Of a stretch of DNA of 64,000 nucleotides, positions 50,378 through 60,558 are shown one piece after another. The notes beneath the pieces are model-generated. The model was not told the origin of the DNA. It saw only the letters and a program-made list of their open reading frames with translations, and made no database searches. The translations under genes were made by a program, and so were the position numbers. How positions within the stretch are numbered: position 1 is the first letter of the stretch; every line of letters starts with the position of its first letter. Source of the DNA: Dehalococcoidia bacterium (lineage in GTDB: Bacteria > Chloroflexota > Dehalococcoidia > Lucifugimonadales > JAAXIE01); contig OZ240229.1 of NCBI GenBank assembly GCA_965197805.1, forward strand, positions 2,596,445-2,660,444, in the 5' to 3' direction.

Positions 50378-50836
50378 CTATCCGCCAGCCCTGATTCGGC
50401 TTACCGAGGGCACAGGGTCTGGGTCGCCTTCCAGCGTCCACTCTTCCTCGCGACTCTGTAGCTCCAGTTGCAGGCGGATGCCGTTGGGGTCCTTGAAGTA
50501 GAAGGTCTTGCCGTAGGACCGCTCGATGATGTCGGTGCAGTCCCCGCCGTTCCCTCGAATCTTGCGGTAGGCCTCGTCGAACTCCTCGGCGGTGTCCACG
50601 TTGACCGACAGGTGATTGAGCAGTTGCGGGGAGGAAGCAGGCAGCGTCGCGCCATCGAAAAAGGCGAAATAGTTGCCGTGCCCAGCGTCGAAGAAGTAGT
50701 GACGCCGGTCGTTGTCGCCGCCCGTCCGCAGGGTGCGCACCAGCTTCATCCCCAGCACGTCATTGTAGAAGTGGACCGTGGCCTCCATGTCGTCAGTTTC
50801 CAAGGCGACGTGATCGACCCCCAAATATGTAGCCAT
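50378..50836 (-). CDS. VOC/glyoxalase family protein
   Basis: DHVALET, LNHLS, FYFKDPNGIRLQL. Confidence 0.88.
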   Translation of the reverse strand: MATYLGVDHVALETDDMEATVHFYNDVLGMKLVRTLRTGGDNDRRHYFFDAGHGNYFAFFDGATLPASSPQLLNHLSVNVDTAEEFDEAYRKIRGNGGDCTDIIERSYGKTFYFKDPNGIRLQLELQSREEEWTLEGDPDPVPSVSRIRAGG

Positions 50837-51131
50837 TTCTACCTCCTTGAGACCATTAGCCAGAACCGGCTGTAGTCGCTATAGGGTATATTACAGCGCC
50901 CTCCGCTCCCGGCCAACTGCAGGATGGAACTAGTATCCTTTTTCATTTCCACACATACGCACGATCCGAAGGATTGTACGACTCCCTTCGCTAGCGGGGT
51001 ATTGCCTGAAAGAATATAATCCCGGCGTCAGAAACGTTACGAGGCAGCTCACCGGCTCCTGACAGCTAAGGGCTACCCAGGCCACCATCCCCTTAGCTCT
51101 TCCACAGCCACCTCCCTGGGCTTCAGTAGAG

Positions 51132-52581
51132 ATGCAGAGGCCAACACTAGCATTGTTAAATACCTGCAAGGCCTTAAATTGGCGAATCATCCTAGCCTTT
51201 GGCATGGCCTTTGCCGTTCCTGTCATACAGCCACACCGCGAGGCGATTGGACAGGACGCTGGCTGCCAGGACTGCCCTGTCGTAACCCTGGTCAGCATCG
51301 TGTCCTCTCCTGTGAAGGAAGGGGACTGGCTGACAGCCACAGTGAGCATTGACGAACCGCTCGCCGTCGGCGAGCTGAAACTCGACGGAGGCATCATCGT
51401 ATTTGATCCCTCCGACGCGCCCCAAGCGACCGAATTGATAGCCTTTACGTTTCGGGGAGGCCAAAAGAGAGAACCGTCAGTTTCAAAGTCTGCGACGATG
51501 GCTTCACCACGGCCGACTGGGAAATCCGTGCTCTAGTCAACCCACTTTTTGACCGGGAACCAAACCCGTACCGAGCCGGAAACCCTTCAGAGGAAACGGT
51601 ACGGGCAACAGACAGCGGCGTCGGCGAGCCAGCAGAGACCTTATCCGCTGATGAAGACCCGTTTTGTCCGAAACGTTGGCCGCCTACCGACGCTACGCCG
51701 CGTCCGACCCCTGCCGCCTCACCAACGCCCGGCGGTGGCGGCGGTGGCGGCGGTGCGCCCACCCCCGTTCCACCGCCTGCGCCGACGCCCGCGCCTACTC
51801 CCACGGCTACGGCTAATCCCACGGCTACGGCTACGGCTAATCCCACGGCTACGGCTACGGCTAATCCCACGGCTACGCCGACGCCGAGGGTTACACCGGT
51901 GCGCACTCCGAGGCCGACGCGGAAACCCACGCCCACCCCCACGGTAACGCCGCGCCCTACGCCCAACGCCAACGGCGACGGTAACTCCAATGGCAACGCC
52001 GATTCCGACGGATACGACCAGGAGCACACCCGTACGCACTCCGAGGCCAACTCCGAAAGCTACACCCGTACGTACTCCGAGGCCGATTTCCACTCCCACA
52101 CCAACGCCCACTCCAACACGTACTCCCACTCCAAGCCCCACCGCTACACCTATATTTACTCCGACTCAAACTCCGACACTTACACCGACTCCGACGCTCC
52201 GGCCGCCGCCTACTTCTACCCCCAACGCCCACGTCGACATCACAGAAGCCAATGCCGACGCCCACGCCGACCACTACAGTGACACCCAGCCCTACTATAG
52301 CTGCTCCCCCCGCAGCAGGGCCCAGTGCCGCGCCTCCGGGCCAAAGAGCCATGTCCGTGCCTACCGTTCAGCCCATCGCCAAACTCGGTCAAGCTGATTT
52401 GGAGACACCCTCTGCCTCCATAATCCGCAACACATTGGGCGGAATCGCATCCACTCCGCGGCGGCGCACTACGCTTATCGCGATTCAAGGCATGACAATC
52501 TTCTTTACCTTTGGCGTCTTCGGACACTTGATATTCCGGAGAGACCGGAGGGACGATGGTAGCGGGACCACAGAGGAATAG
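51132..52581 (+). pseudogene. Secreted/anchored Pro-Thr-rich protein interrupted by three 1-nt indels
   Basis: Signal-like N-terminus, beta-rich domain, long PT linker spread over three frames, C-terminal TM followed by RRDRR. Confidence 0.65.
51800..51877 (+). repeat. 24-bp coding tandem repeat (PTATATAN)
   Basis: cccacggctacggctacggctaat x2 plus partial copies. Confidence 0.85.
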
Positions 52582-52606
52582 CGGCCGGGGGATTTAGTAC
52601 GGCGCT

Positions 52607-54520
52607 TTAGCCGACAGCCTCAGGCTCGGCGTCAACTTCTTCGCTGATGGCAACAGGCAGAGTCAGGATGAACTCTGCGTACTCCCCGTGCACGGAGGCC
52701 ACCGAGAGGTCTCCGCCCAAACGCCTGGCAACATCGGCTGCGAAAGACAACCCCGGCCCCGCCCCCATCGCGCCATCGCGAGTCGAGAAGAAGGGGTTGA
52801 ATATGTGTCCGATCACGTCGTCCGCAATTCCGGTGCCGTTGTCCCGAACTCTTATCTCCACCATGGCGTCAACCACCCGAGTGGAAGCCGACAACGCAGG
52901 CTCGTAGCCGTCTTCCCCTGCTTGTGCTCGTTGCCTCATAGCGTAGCAGGCATTTGATACCAAGTTCAGCATCACCTCACCGAAGTCATGCTCAACCAGC
53001 ATCACTTCGCCGAGTGATTGGTCAAAATCAAAAGTGGGCTGTACCGAGAAGCCATCCCACTCGTCGCTGAAAGTCTTGCAACCCGCCTGCACGGCGTTGC
53101 GAACCGCATCATTCAACCCGACCTCCACAGGGTCTCCGCCCACAACGCCCAACCCACGCATGCGCTCGACGATGGCCAAGGCCCGCCCGCCGTTGGAAAG
53201 GACGCGACTCAGGCTATTGGCCAATTCCTGACTTATGTCATCCAGCAAGGCCGTGTCGTCTGCTGACATCCTGTCCCGATAGGTGTTCAGCATCTCAGTA
53301 AGCTCACCGTACAGCTCCAGCGAGCCCTCTGAGAAGTTGTTGACGAAGTTCAATGGATTGCTGATCTCGTGGGCCACGCCCGACACCAGCTCGCCCAAGG
53401 CCGCTCATTTCTCCTGCGCAACGAGCCGGGCTTGCACTCGCTGAAGTTCGGCATTGGCGTGACGCAACTCCTCGTATAGCTGTTCCACCAAATTCAGACG
53501 TTGGACCTCCAAGGCCTGCTGTCGGAAGACTTCCAAGGCATTGGCCAACTCCCCGATTTCATCGCGCCCGACTTCCGGGACGGGGGTCTCCAAGTCTCCG
53601 TCGGCCATATTGCGCATTCGCTCGGACATGCGGGACAGTCGTCGCACCATGCCGTTGCCCACCCATAGCCTAGCCGCCAAGGTGGCGACGATGACGCTGA
53701 TACCGGTCAGGAGCGTCCGGCCTTCATCGAAGCTGCTTACTGCCAGACCGATGGTTTCCGATGAATGAGCACGGGCAGCCACCAGCAGATTTGAGACCGT
53801 GGTCTCCAAAGTGGCGCTCGCCGCTTCGAAAGATACGGCCGAGTCTCTGATCCTAGACTCCAAGTCCAACTGTGTGATGCGGACGTTGAAGACGCCCTCG
53901 GCCTGTTGCAAGGTTGCTTCAGATTGGTCGCTGCCAGAGGTGTATGAGTCCGAGAACTCCCCCCAAAGTTCGAGTAGAGAAGCCTTATCGTTCGGTTGCA
54001 GCATCTGACGCAAGACTGAGGAGACGGCCTCCGACTCTTCGAAGTCGGAGGATGCCATCGACAAGCGTGAACGATAGTCGGCGGCTTCCTCGCTAGCACT
54101 TAATAGCTGGCCTCGGTCAAAGGCAAGGCCATCGATTACGTCCGCTAGGTCCTGGGCTGCCAAGTTTACTATTTCAGCATCGGCGGCTAGGGTCGGCACA
54201 CCCTTGACCTCGCTCAAGGCAGTCTTGAGCGTCGCCAGAGATTGGTCGACGGACTTGGTGTCCAAGTTCTGGAAACCGGACTCGTCTTCGGCCACCACAC
54301 TCAGTCCCAGATTCCTCAGACGCTCCGTCTCACGAGCAGCGGTCCACGACGCCTCCAAGGCTGGGACTGACTCTGACTGTACCTGATAGTTGAGGTCACC
54401 GCTTTGCTCGAAGTAGTAGACGCCCACGGCGCCGGAAATCAGGGTCAGGGCCACTGCGAAGAACAATGCAAGATAGAGTCGTGCTCCTATACGTCGCCAT
54501 CTGTCGACTACGAAACGCAT
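52607..54520 (-). pseudogene. HAMP sensor histidine kinase with in-frame TGA at 53405-53407
   Basis: TM, periplasmic domain, TM, HAMP, then AQEK*AALGELVSGVAHEISNPL. HATPase NLVSNA, DNGTG, PFFST. Confidence 0.85.
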
Positions 54521-55189
54521 GCCGGAAACTACTCCTGAAGAAATCGGGACGGCGCGGAAGGTGCGACGGAATACCTCCGTCCTCAGAGGCAGGATAACAC
54601 AGCCCATCTTTGTCGATAGATGGGAGGCCATTTGCCATGACTGCGTCTCCCTCGGTTGTAGGTAGCCATTCAATTCAATTTCGGATACTTCTCGAAGAGT
54701 GTTACGATTCGGGTCTGGGTGTGTCCGGTTTCAACTGTACGGCCCGGGGACCAGGACTGGTCGAGAAGGCCGATTGACGAGAGGTCGCGCAGATTTGCTA
54801 GTCCCTGTTCTCTCATCTAAAGTCTCATCGACTCCGCCCAACCAAGCGCCTCGAACTTTAAGGACGATCCGGTAAGCAGTTCCGTAAAGACGCCGGGATT
54901 ACGTTGAGGCGCGCCATTGACTGCGCTAGATGCATCTCGCTGTGGCGGCTAGGGAATCCCATATAGCCAATCAGAGTCGGAGTGGTCGTTGCCGCTGTCG
55001 CCAACGAGGCCGTAAGGCCTCTTATGACGTGGGCCAGGGCCACGGTGACATTGTGAGGGAAGAGGTCGCGGGGACGGTCTCCCAACCCAGATTGTGCGTT
55101 GCTCCGAATTTGCAATGGCAAATCTCCGCGGTGGCAGAACGGCTCTCCAGCGAGCTTTCAAGGGATGAGCGGCTAGGCGTGGGGCAGCG

Positions 55190-55963
55190 ACGTAACGCGC
55201 AGTAGGCTTTCTTCTGTACGCGGGCCCTGTCGACATGGCGGCTTATCTGGCGTACTTCACAGCCGTGTCCGGTTTTTCCCTATGGCACTGGTGTTTGTCG
55301 TGTTAGCTTCCTTTATCGGAGCTGGGACGATCCGCGGAACCCTTATGGGTATGCTGGCCTACTACTTTCCCGCCTCTACCGACCTGTCCCAGCACGCCCT
55401 TGAAGGCTTGTCCCGCCACTTCTCCGCCATCGGTCGATTGCCTTAGCAGGTGTCTCGATCGCGGCAAATGGCCTGCCTATGGCCGTCCGCAGGGCTGTAG
55501 ACCGAGTCTTCGGCATAGAGCATCGAAAGACCACAATTAGGTAAAGTGTCGCCGAGCCTCTAGTTATGGCAATCCTGGGGATGTTGGCCTTTTCGTCCAT
55601 AGCGGTGGCCGCGTTCTGCCAGGTTGCATCGGCTTTGGCGAGGAGATTGTCCAGTCAGCCTTGGGAGGAGTGACTTTCGGCTCTTGTTGCTTTTGGGTAC
55701 CTTTTCAGCGACCCTGCCAGCAGGCGTGACCGACAATGTCCACCATACTGTACCGTCGACTGCCCCATGTCCGGGTGGAATGGAGCGATGCCGCGTTTGG
55801 TGGAATCATAGCGCTCATTCTATTCGAGAGCGGAAAGAACCTGTTTTTCTCGCTTACGAGCGCCGCGGCCCAAACGGATATCATCTATGCCGTCGCAGGT
55901 GTCTGGCGGTTCAAACTCCGCTGTCGACAATGGTGCCCCCTTGCCCGCGGGTCGGACCGCTGA
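55190..55963 (+). pseudogene. Degenerate YihY/BrkB-like membrane protein remnant
   Basis: LYRRLPHVRVEWSDAAFGGIIALILFESGK resembles the YihY C-half. The upstream part is broken by stops. Confidence 0.45.
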
Positions 55964-55989
55964 AACTCGAAGGTGTGAACACCAGGCCG

Positions 55990-56268
55990 TTATTGAATAC
56001 TAAAGCAGAGTCGGCGTATCTGAGAATCGATGCTGTCAGTGGTGCAAACCTTTGTGGACCTCAGCCACATCTGGCCTATGTCCATCTCCCGCACTTGCCT
56101 CTGTCCGAACTCGAATTGATACTTGGTTGTTGGTAGCACGTTGAGCTGATGCAGAATGGGTGTAGGCAGGCAACAGATGGACGCCCCGGTGTCCACTAGC
56201 GCCTCGAGTGTCACCCAGTTTTGGCCTTCCAGGTTGCTGACTTCTATGGGCATGGCAAAAACTCCCAT
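55990..56268 (-). pseudogene. Truncated clan AA (retropepsin-like) aspartic protease
   Basis: EALVDTGASICCLP. The second half (LLG-x-x-LE motif) is missing. Confidence 0.65.
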
Positions 56269-56325
56269 AGGAACCCCTTTTGTTGCTCGTCGATTTTTCG
56301 GTTGATCCACAATAGGGGCACGGCC

Positions 56326-57957
56326 CTAGCTTGAGAACACGGGGTCCTCACGGGTGATGAATTCGAGGACGGCGGGGTGGCCGGCGGCGGTGGACTCTAG
56401 GGCACGGCGGATTGCGGGGACGATTTCGCCGGGGCGTTCGACGCGCTGGCTGAAGGAGCCGAGGGACTGGGTCATGCTCATGTAGTCGCCGGTGAGGTAC
56501 TTGGTGCGGTAGCGCTCGGCCGCCACAGGGATGTTCTTCTCGTAGCCGCCCATGGCTGAGTTGTTGAGGATCACGGTCATGAGAGGGATTCGCTCGCGGA
56601 CTGCCGTCTCAAAGTCGATGCCCGCCATGCCCACGGCGGTGTCGCCCATGACGTTGATGGCCTGCTTACCTGGGGCCGCGAGTTGCGCTCCCAGAGCGAG
56701 GCCAAGTCCGGTGCCCAACTGGGTGGAGTTGCCCCAGCCGATGTAGGTGCGAGGGTTGGTCGTCTGCCAGAAGGGGACCATCTGGTCGCGGGGGTTGCCT
56801 GAATCGTGGGTGGCGATTGTGTTGCCTACGTCGACGGTGTGGAGCAGGTCCCAGATCACCCGGTAGGGGTTGAGGGGCACTTGGTCAGAGGTGAGACGCT
56901 CGCCCCACTGCTTGAGCCAGTCTTCCTTGACCGACTTTATCTCTGCTGCTGTCCCGTTGGCATTCGACGGACCATTAGCTCCGGCTTGGGCCTTCACCTC
57001 GTCAATCACTTGGCGCAACACCAGCTTGGCATCGCCGATAATCGCTATGTCGATGGGGTACTCGCCGTTGATGTCCTTGGCGTCGTTAGTGGACTGGACC
57101 ATGACTTTGCCCTTGGGGACGGTAGTCGACACCAGCGTTTTCTGGAAACTGGTGCCGATGCCGAAGACAAGGTCGCACTTGTCTAGGAAGTGACCCACCA
57201 TGCGGGTGCGGGTGTTGCCGCCAGCACCCAAGGCGAGGGCGTGGTTTTCGGGGAAGGAGCTCTTGCCAAGGGTGGTGGTCATCACCGGGGCTTGGAGTAG
57301 CTCGGCAAGCTCGACCAACTCGTCGGTCGCCTCGGCGTAGAGGCAGCCCTGACCGGCGTAGACCAGCGGCAGCTTGGCTCCCAGAAGGGCGCGGGCTACG
57401 TCAGCGACGTCGCGGGGGTCGCCTGCGCTGCGGATGGGACGCACCGGGCTGTATTGGACCTCGTCTGCGACGGGGGCCATAGCCACATCGCCAGGGACCT
57501 CGAGCAACACGGGAGAGGGTCTGCCGGAACGGAGGTAGGTGAACGCGCGACGCATCATCTCCGGCACACGGGCGGGCGAATTGATGAGCTCGGCCCACTT
57601 GGTGATGCCGCGGTAATTCTCCATGCCGGAGAAGTTGGAGGGCGTGCCCAGCTTGTCCGTGCCAGCCTGCCCCGGCAGCACAAGGATGGGAGTGGAGTCG
57701 GCATAGGCTTGGGCGATGCCTCCGAAGGCGTTCTCGATACCCGGCCCAGCCTGTACGGTCAGCACGCCGGTGCGGCGACCGTTGAGGGTGCGGGTGTAGC
57801 CGTCGGCCATGTTGACGGCGCAGCGCTCCATGCGGGCGACTATGGGGCGTATCTCGGCAGCGGCGGCGGCATCGATGATGGGGCTGTTGGGGAAGCAGAA
57901 GAGGTATTCCACTCCCTCTTGCTTCAGGATGTCGGCGATAGCATTGCGTGCTTCCAC
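56326..57957 (-). CDS. Thiamine-pyrophosphate-requiring enzyme (acetolactate synthase superfamily)
   Basis: ERCAVNMADG, GPGIEN, SPVLLEVP, TPP motif GDTAVGM...LNNS. Confidence 0.92.
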   Translation of the reverse strand: MEARNAIADILKQEGVEYLFCFPNSPIIDAAAAAEIRPIVARMERCAVNMADGYTRTLNGRRTGVLTVQAGPGIENAFGGIAQAYADSTPILVLPGQAGTDKLGTPSNFSGMENYRGITKWAELINSPARVPEMMRRAFTYLRSGRPSPVLLEVPGDVAMAPVADEVQYSPVRPIRSAGDPRDVADVARALLGAKLPLVYAGQGCLYAEATDELVELAELLQAPVMTTTLGKSSFPENHALALGAGGNTRTRMVGHFLDKCDLVFGIGTSFQKTLVSTTVPKGKVMVQSTNDAKDINGEYPIDIAIIGDAKLVLRQVIDEVKAQAGANGPSNANGTAAEIKSVKEDWLKQWGERLTSDQVPLNPYRVIWDLLHTVDVGNTIATHDSGNPRDQMVPFWQTTNPRTYIGWGNSTQLGTGLGLALGAQLAAPGKQAINVMGDTAVGMAGIDFETAVRERIPLMTVILNNSAMGGYEKNIPVAAERYRTKYLTGDYMSMTQSLGSFSQRVERPGEIVPAIRRALESTAAGHPAVLEFITREDPVFSS

Positions 57958-57974
57958 AGTGATGGCTCCTCTTC

Positions 57975-58069
57975 TTGCTTCAGGATTTGGGGGTTGCTTC
58001 AGGATTTGGGGGTTGCTTCAGGATTTGGGGGTTGCTTCAGGATTTGGGGGTTGCTTCAGGATTTGGGGG
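57975..58069. repeat. Five perfect tandem copies of a 19-mer
   Basis: TTGCTTCAGGATTTGGGGG x5. Confidence 0.97.
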
Positions 58070-58165
58070 CCGGACCGGGTCCGGGGTATTGGGTTGTGTC
58101 GGGTTCACTGTAAGGGAGGGAGGGGAGCAAGGCAAGGCGGCGAGGTCGGGGTCGGCGTCGGGGGG

Positions 58166-58365
58166 TGTCACAATGTCACAGGCGGTTGTATCTAAAAAAG
58201 GGTTTTTGTAGCTGAAAAGTGTGACATCTGTGACATTGTGCTAGCTGGCCAGATAGGCGCACGGTGTGACATGGATTCGTATCTGAGGGGGTGTCACAGA
58301 AATGTGACATTTGTGACATTTGTGACATTGTGCTAGCTGGCCAGCTAGGGTCACAGTGTGACATG
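58166..58365. repeat. TGTGACA/TGTCACA iteron-like array
   Basis: 10 exact heptamers in both orientations, plus a direct repeat of about 54 bp and the perfect palindrome CTAGCTGGCCAGCTAG at 58333-58348. Confidence 0.9.
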
Positions 58366-58419
58366 CAGGACACCCTCCTGAGTTGGGCTGAGAGCGGATA
58401 GTCGGGGTGATCAGAGTTG

Positions 58420-58449
58420 ATTATAGAACTGATGTACGTTGCATGTCAA
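58420..58449 (-). promoter_or_regulatory. Leftward sigma70 promoter with LexA-like box
   Basis: Minus strand reads TTGACA-tgcaac-GTAC-atca-GTTC-TATAAT. Confidence 0.75.
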
Positions 58450-58456
58450 TAAGCCC

Positions 58457-58486
58457 TTGACAGATTCCGTACATATGTTCTATGAT
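58457..58486 (+). promoter_or_regulatory. Rightward sigma70 promoter with LexA-like box
   Basis: TTGACA-gattcc-GTAC-atat-GTTC-TATGAT. Confidence 0.75.
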
Positions 58487-58504
58487 AGTTTTGTTGAGCG
58501 CGCT

Positions 58505-58546
58505 GGGGACTGACCCCAAGAGGTCGGCCCCGGCTTTTTTGTTTTT
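58505..58546 (+). terminator. Intrinsic terminator-like hairpin
   Basis: GGGGACTGACC/GGTCGGCCCC stem followed by ggcTTTTTTgTTTTT. Confidence 0.65.
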
Positions 58547-58594
58547 ACGGACAAGGGCTTGGGCCTCCAAACCTTATCGAGAGGAAGGAGACCC

Positions 58595-59104
58595 ATGGAG
58601 GATGAGCAACAGGTGCCAAGAGGAAGCGACTATGGTGGCGGCGAGGAAGGGGTTAGCGAGGCGACACCCGAGGGCAAGGAAGAGAGGGGCTGCGGAAAGA
58701 GGGGTTACAGGGAGGAGTGGCTTGGCACGACGGTAGCGAAGGAGCGGTTTTTGGCGGCGCACAAGCTGGGCATGTCGGTGGTGAATGCGGCGCGGGTGGC
58801 GGGAGTTGAGCGTCGGACCATCTACCGGTGGCGGGACAAGGACCCGGAGTTTGCCAAGGCATGGAGGGAGGCGCGGGAGGGGCTGGTAGAAGACTTGGAA
58901 ATGGAGGCTTACAAGCGGGCTTTCAAGGGGAATGACCGCCTGCTGATGTTCCTTCTGAGGTCGTACAAGCCGGTGACGTACAACCCGGTGGCGTACAACC
59001 CGCGCCAACAGCAGGGGAAGAAGAGCCAACAGCAGCCCAAGTCCAGAGGGGGCAATGCTGTGGACTTAGTGGAACTGGTGGACAAGGTGCGGGAATGGAA
59101 ATAG
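58595..59104 (+). CDS. Terminase small subunit-like HTH protein
   Basis: AARVAGVERRTIYRWRDKDPEFAKAW...LEMEAYKRA...LLMFLL. Overlaps the terL start. AAGGAG RBS. Confidence 0.7.
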   Translation: MEDEQQVPRGSDYGGGEEGVSEATPEGKEERGCGKRGYREEWLGTTVAKERFLAAHKLGMSVVNAARVAGVERRTIYRWRDKDPEFAKAWREAREGLVEDLEMEAYKRAFKGNDRLLMFLLRSYKPVTYNPVAYNPRQQQGKKSQQQPKSRGGNAVDLVELVDKVREWK

Positions 59105-60558
59105 AGGAAGGGGCAGGGGCCGCTTGGCAGTTTCTTGGAGAGGGGGTCAATGGGGATGTGTTCTTCGACGACCACCGCGATGACCTGCCCGGCTACGAGG
59201 TCCCGAAGGACTTGGCGGAGGTTTTCAGGAGCTCGCCAGTGGGCTTTGCGCGTGAGTACCTGGGGGTGCGGCTGTGGAGCAAGCAGGAAGAGACGCTGAA
59301 CGCCATCCGGGACTACCGGCGGGTTGCGGTGAAGGCGGGGAACGGAGTGGGGAAGGGGTTCACGGCGGCTGTGGCGGTGCTGTGGTTCATCTGCAGCCAC
59401 AACCCGGCGATAGTGCTGACGACGGCGCCCACTGGGCGGCAAGTGCGGCACGTTCTGTGGCGCGAGATCCGGGGCCTTCATGAGAACTCAGCACTTGGCC
59501 TGGGCGGGAGGATGTTCAACACGCGTTTCGAGGTTGGCCATGACCGGTTTGCGCTGGGCCTCTCCACCGACGAGGCGGACCAGTTTCAGGGGTTCCACTC
59601 GCCGAACATGCTGATCGTGGTGGACGAGGCGGAGGGCGTGACGGAACCGATCTACGAGGCCATTGACGCGGTGATGACGGCGAGCAACAGCAAGCTGCTG
59701 CTGATCGGCAACCCGACCAGCGACTCGGGGGCATTCCGCCGGGCCTTCCACGAAGACCGGCGCATATTCCACAACATTACCATATCCGTCTTGGAGTCCC
59801 CCAACGTGGGGCAACAGGGGGTGGTGATCCCTGGACTGACGACCGAGGAATGGGTGTCGGAGCGCAGGGCCATGTGGGGGGAAGAGAGCCCGATGTACCA
59901 AGCCCGGGTGCTGGGTCGCTTCTGCGACCACCCCCAAGACAGGCTGATTGCACTGAGCAAAATCGAAGCGGCCATAGCCCGCTATGGGAACCCGCTGGCG
60001 GAGGAAGGGGAAGAGGAGGAGGCTGAGGCACCGACTGTGCTGGCGGTAGACGTAGCCCGCTTCGGCCCCGACCAGAGCGTGTTACTCCTGGCCAACTCCA
60101 ACAGGGTTTTGGAGATGAAGGCTCACCAGGGCTTGGACACGATGGAACTGGCAGGACGCATCGTGGACGCGCACCGTCGCTGGGGCCCGGAGCGGATTGT
60201 GGTCGACGAAATCGGTATCGGGGCAGGGGTGGTGGACCGGCTGAAGGAGTTGGGCCTGCCGGTGGCTGGGATCAACGTAGGGCGGCCTGCCCGCCAACGG
60301 CGGATGTTCGCCAACCTGAGGGCCGAAGGGTACTGGGGCCTCTACGAACTGTTCAACCAGGACGCCATGGCCATCCCGGACGACCCCGAACTGGCGGGGC
60401 AGCTAGCAACGGTGCGCCACCGGTACAACAGCCGGGGCCAGTTGTTGATAGAATCCAAAGAGGAAACCCGTGCCCGGGGCCTGCCCTCCCCCGATAAAGC
60501 GGACGCTCTGATGCTCGCTTTCCTGAGCCACAGGCCCACTGTGACGCTGCGCACATGA
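59095..60558 (+). CDS. Phage terminase large subunit
   Basis: Walker A AGNGVGK, Walker B VVDEA, LIGNP coupling motif, RNase H-like AVDVARFGPD, SPDKADA. Confidence 0.9.
   Translation: MEIEEGAGAAWQFLGEGVNGDVFFDDHRDDLPGYEVPKDLAEVFRSSPVGFAREYLGVRLWSKQEETLNAIRDYRRVAVKAGNGVGKGFTAAVAVLWFICSHNPAIVLTTAPTGRQVRHVLWREIRGLHENSALGLGGRMFNTRFEVGHDRFALGLSTDEADQFQGFHSPNMLIVVDEAEGVTEPIYEAIDAVMTASNSKLLLIGNPTSDSGAFRRAFHEDRRIFHNITISVLESPNVGQQGVVIPGLTTEEWVSERRAMWGEESPMYQARVLGRFCDHPQDRLIALSKIEAAIARYGNPLAEEGEEEEAEAPTVLAVDVARFGPDQSVLLLANSNRVLEMKAHQGLDTMELAGRIVDAHRRWGPERIVVDEIGIGAGVVDRLKELGLPVAGINVGRPARQRRMFANLRAEGYWGLYELFNQDAMAIPDDPELAGQLATVRHRYNSRGQLLIESKEETRARGLPSPDKADALMLAFLSHRPTVTLRT

Noticed and set aside
53405-53407. 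Selenocysteine codon in the histidine kinase
   Set aside because: The position corresponds to Leu or Met rather than Cys, there is no redox motif, and no convincing SECIS.
54858-55121. Possible membrane-protein fragment on the minus strand
   Set aside because: No start context and no family I can identify.
57975-58069. CRISPR array
   Set aside because: The repeats are contiguous with no spacers, and there are no cas genes.
58176-58373. Cys/His-patterned small ORF (MSQMSQMSHFCD)
   Set aside because: It is a translation of the TGTGACA repeat array and has no RBS support.
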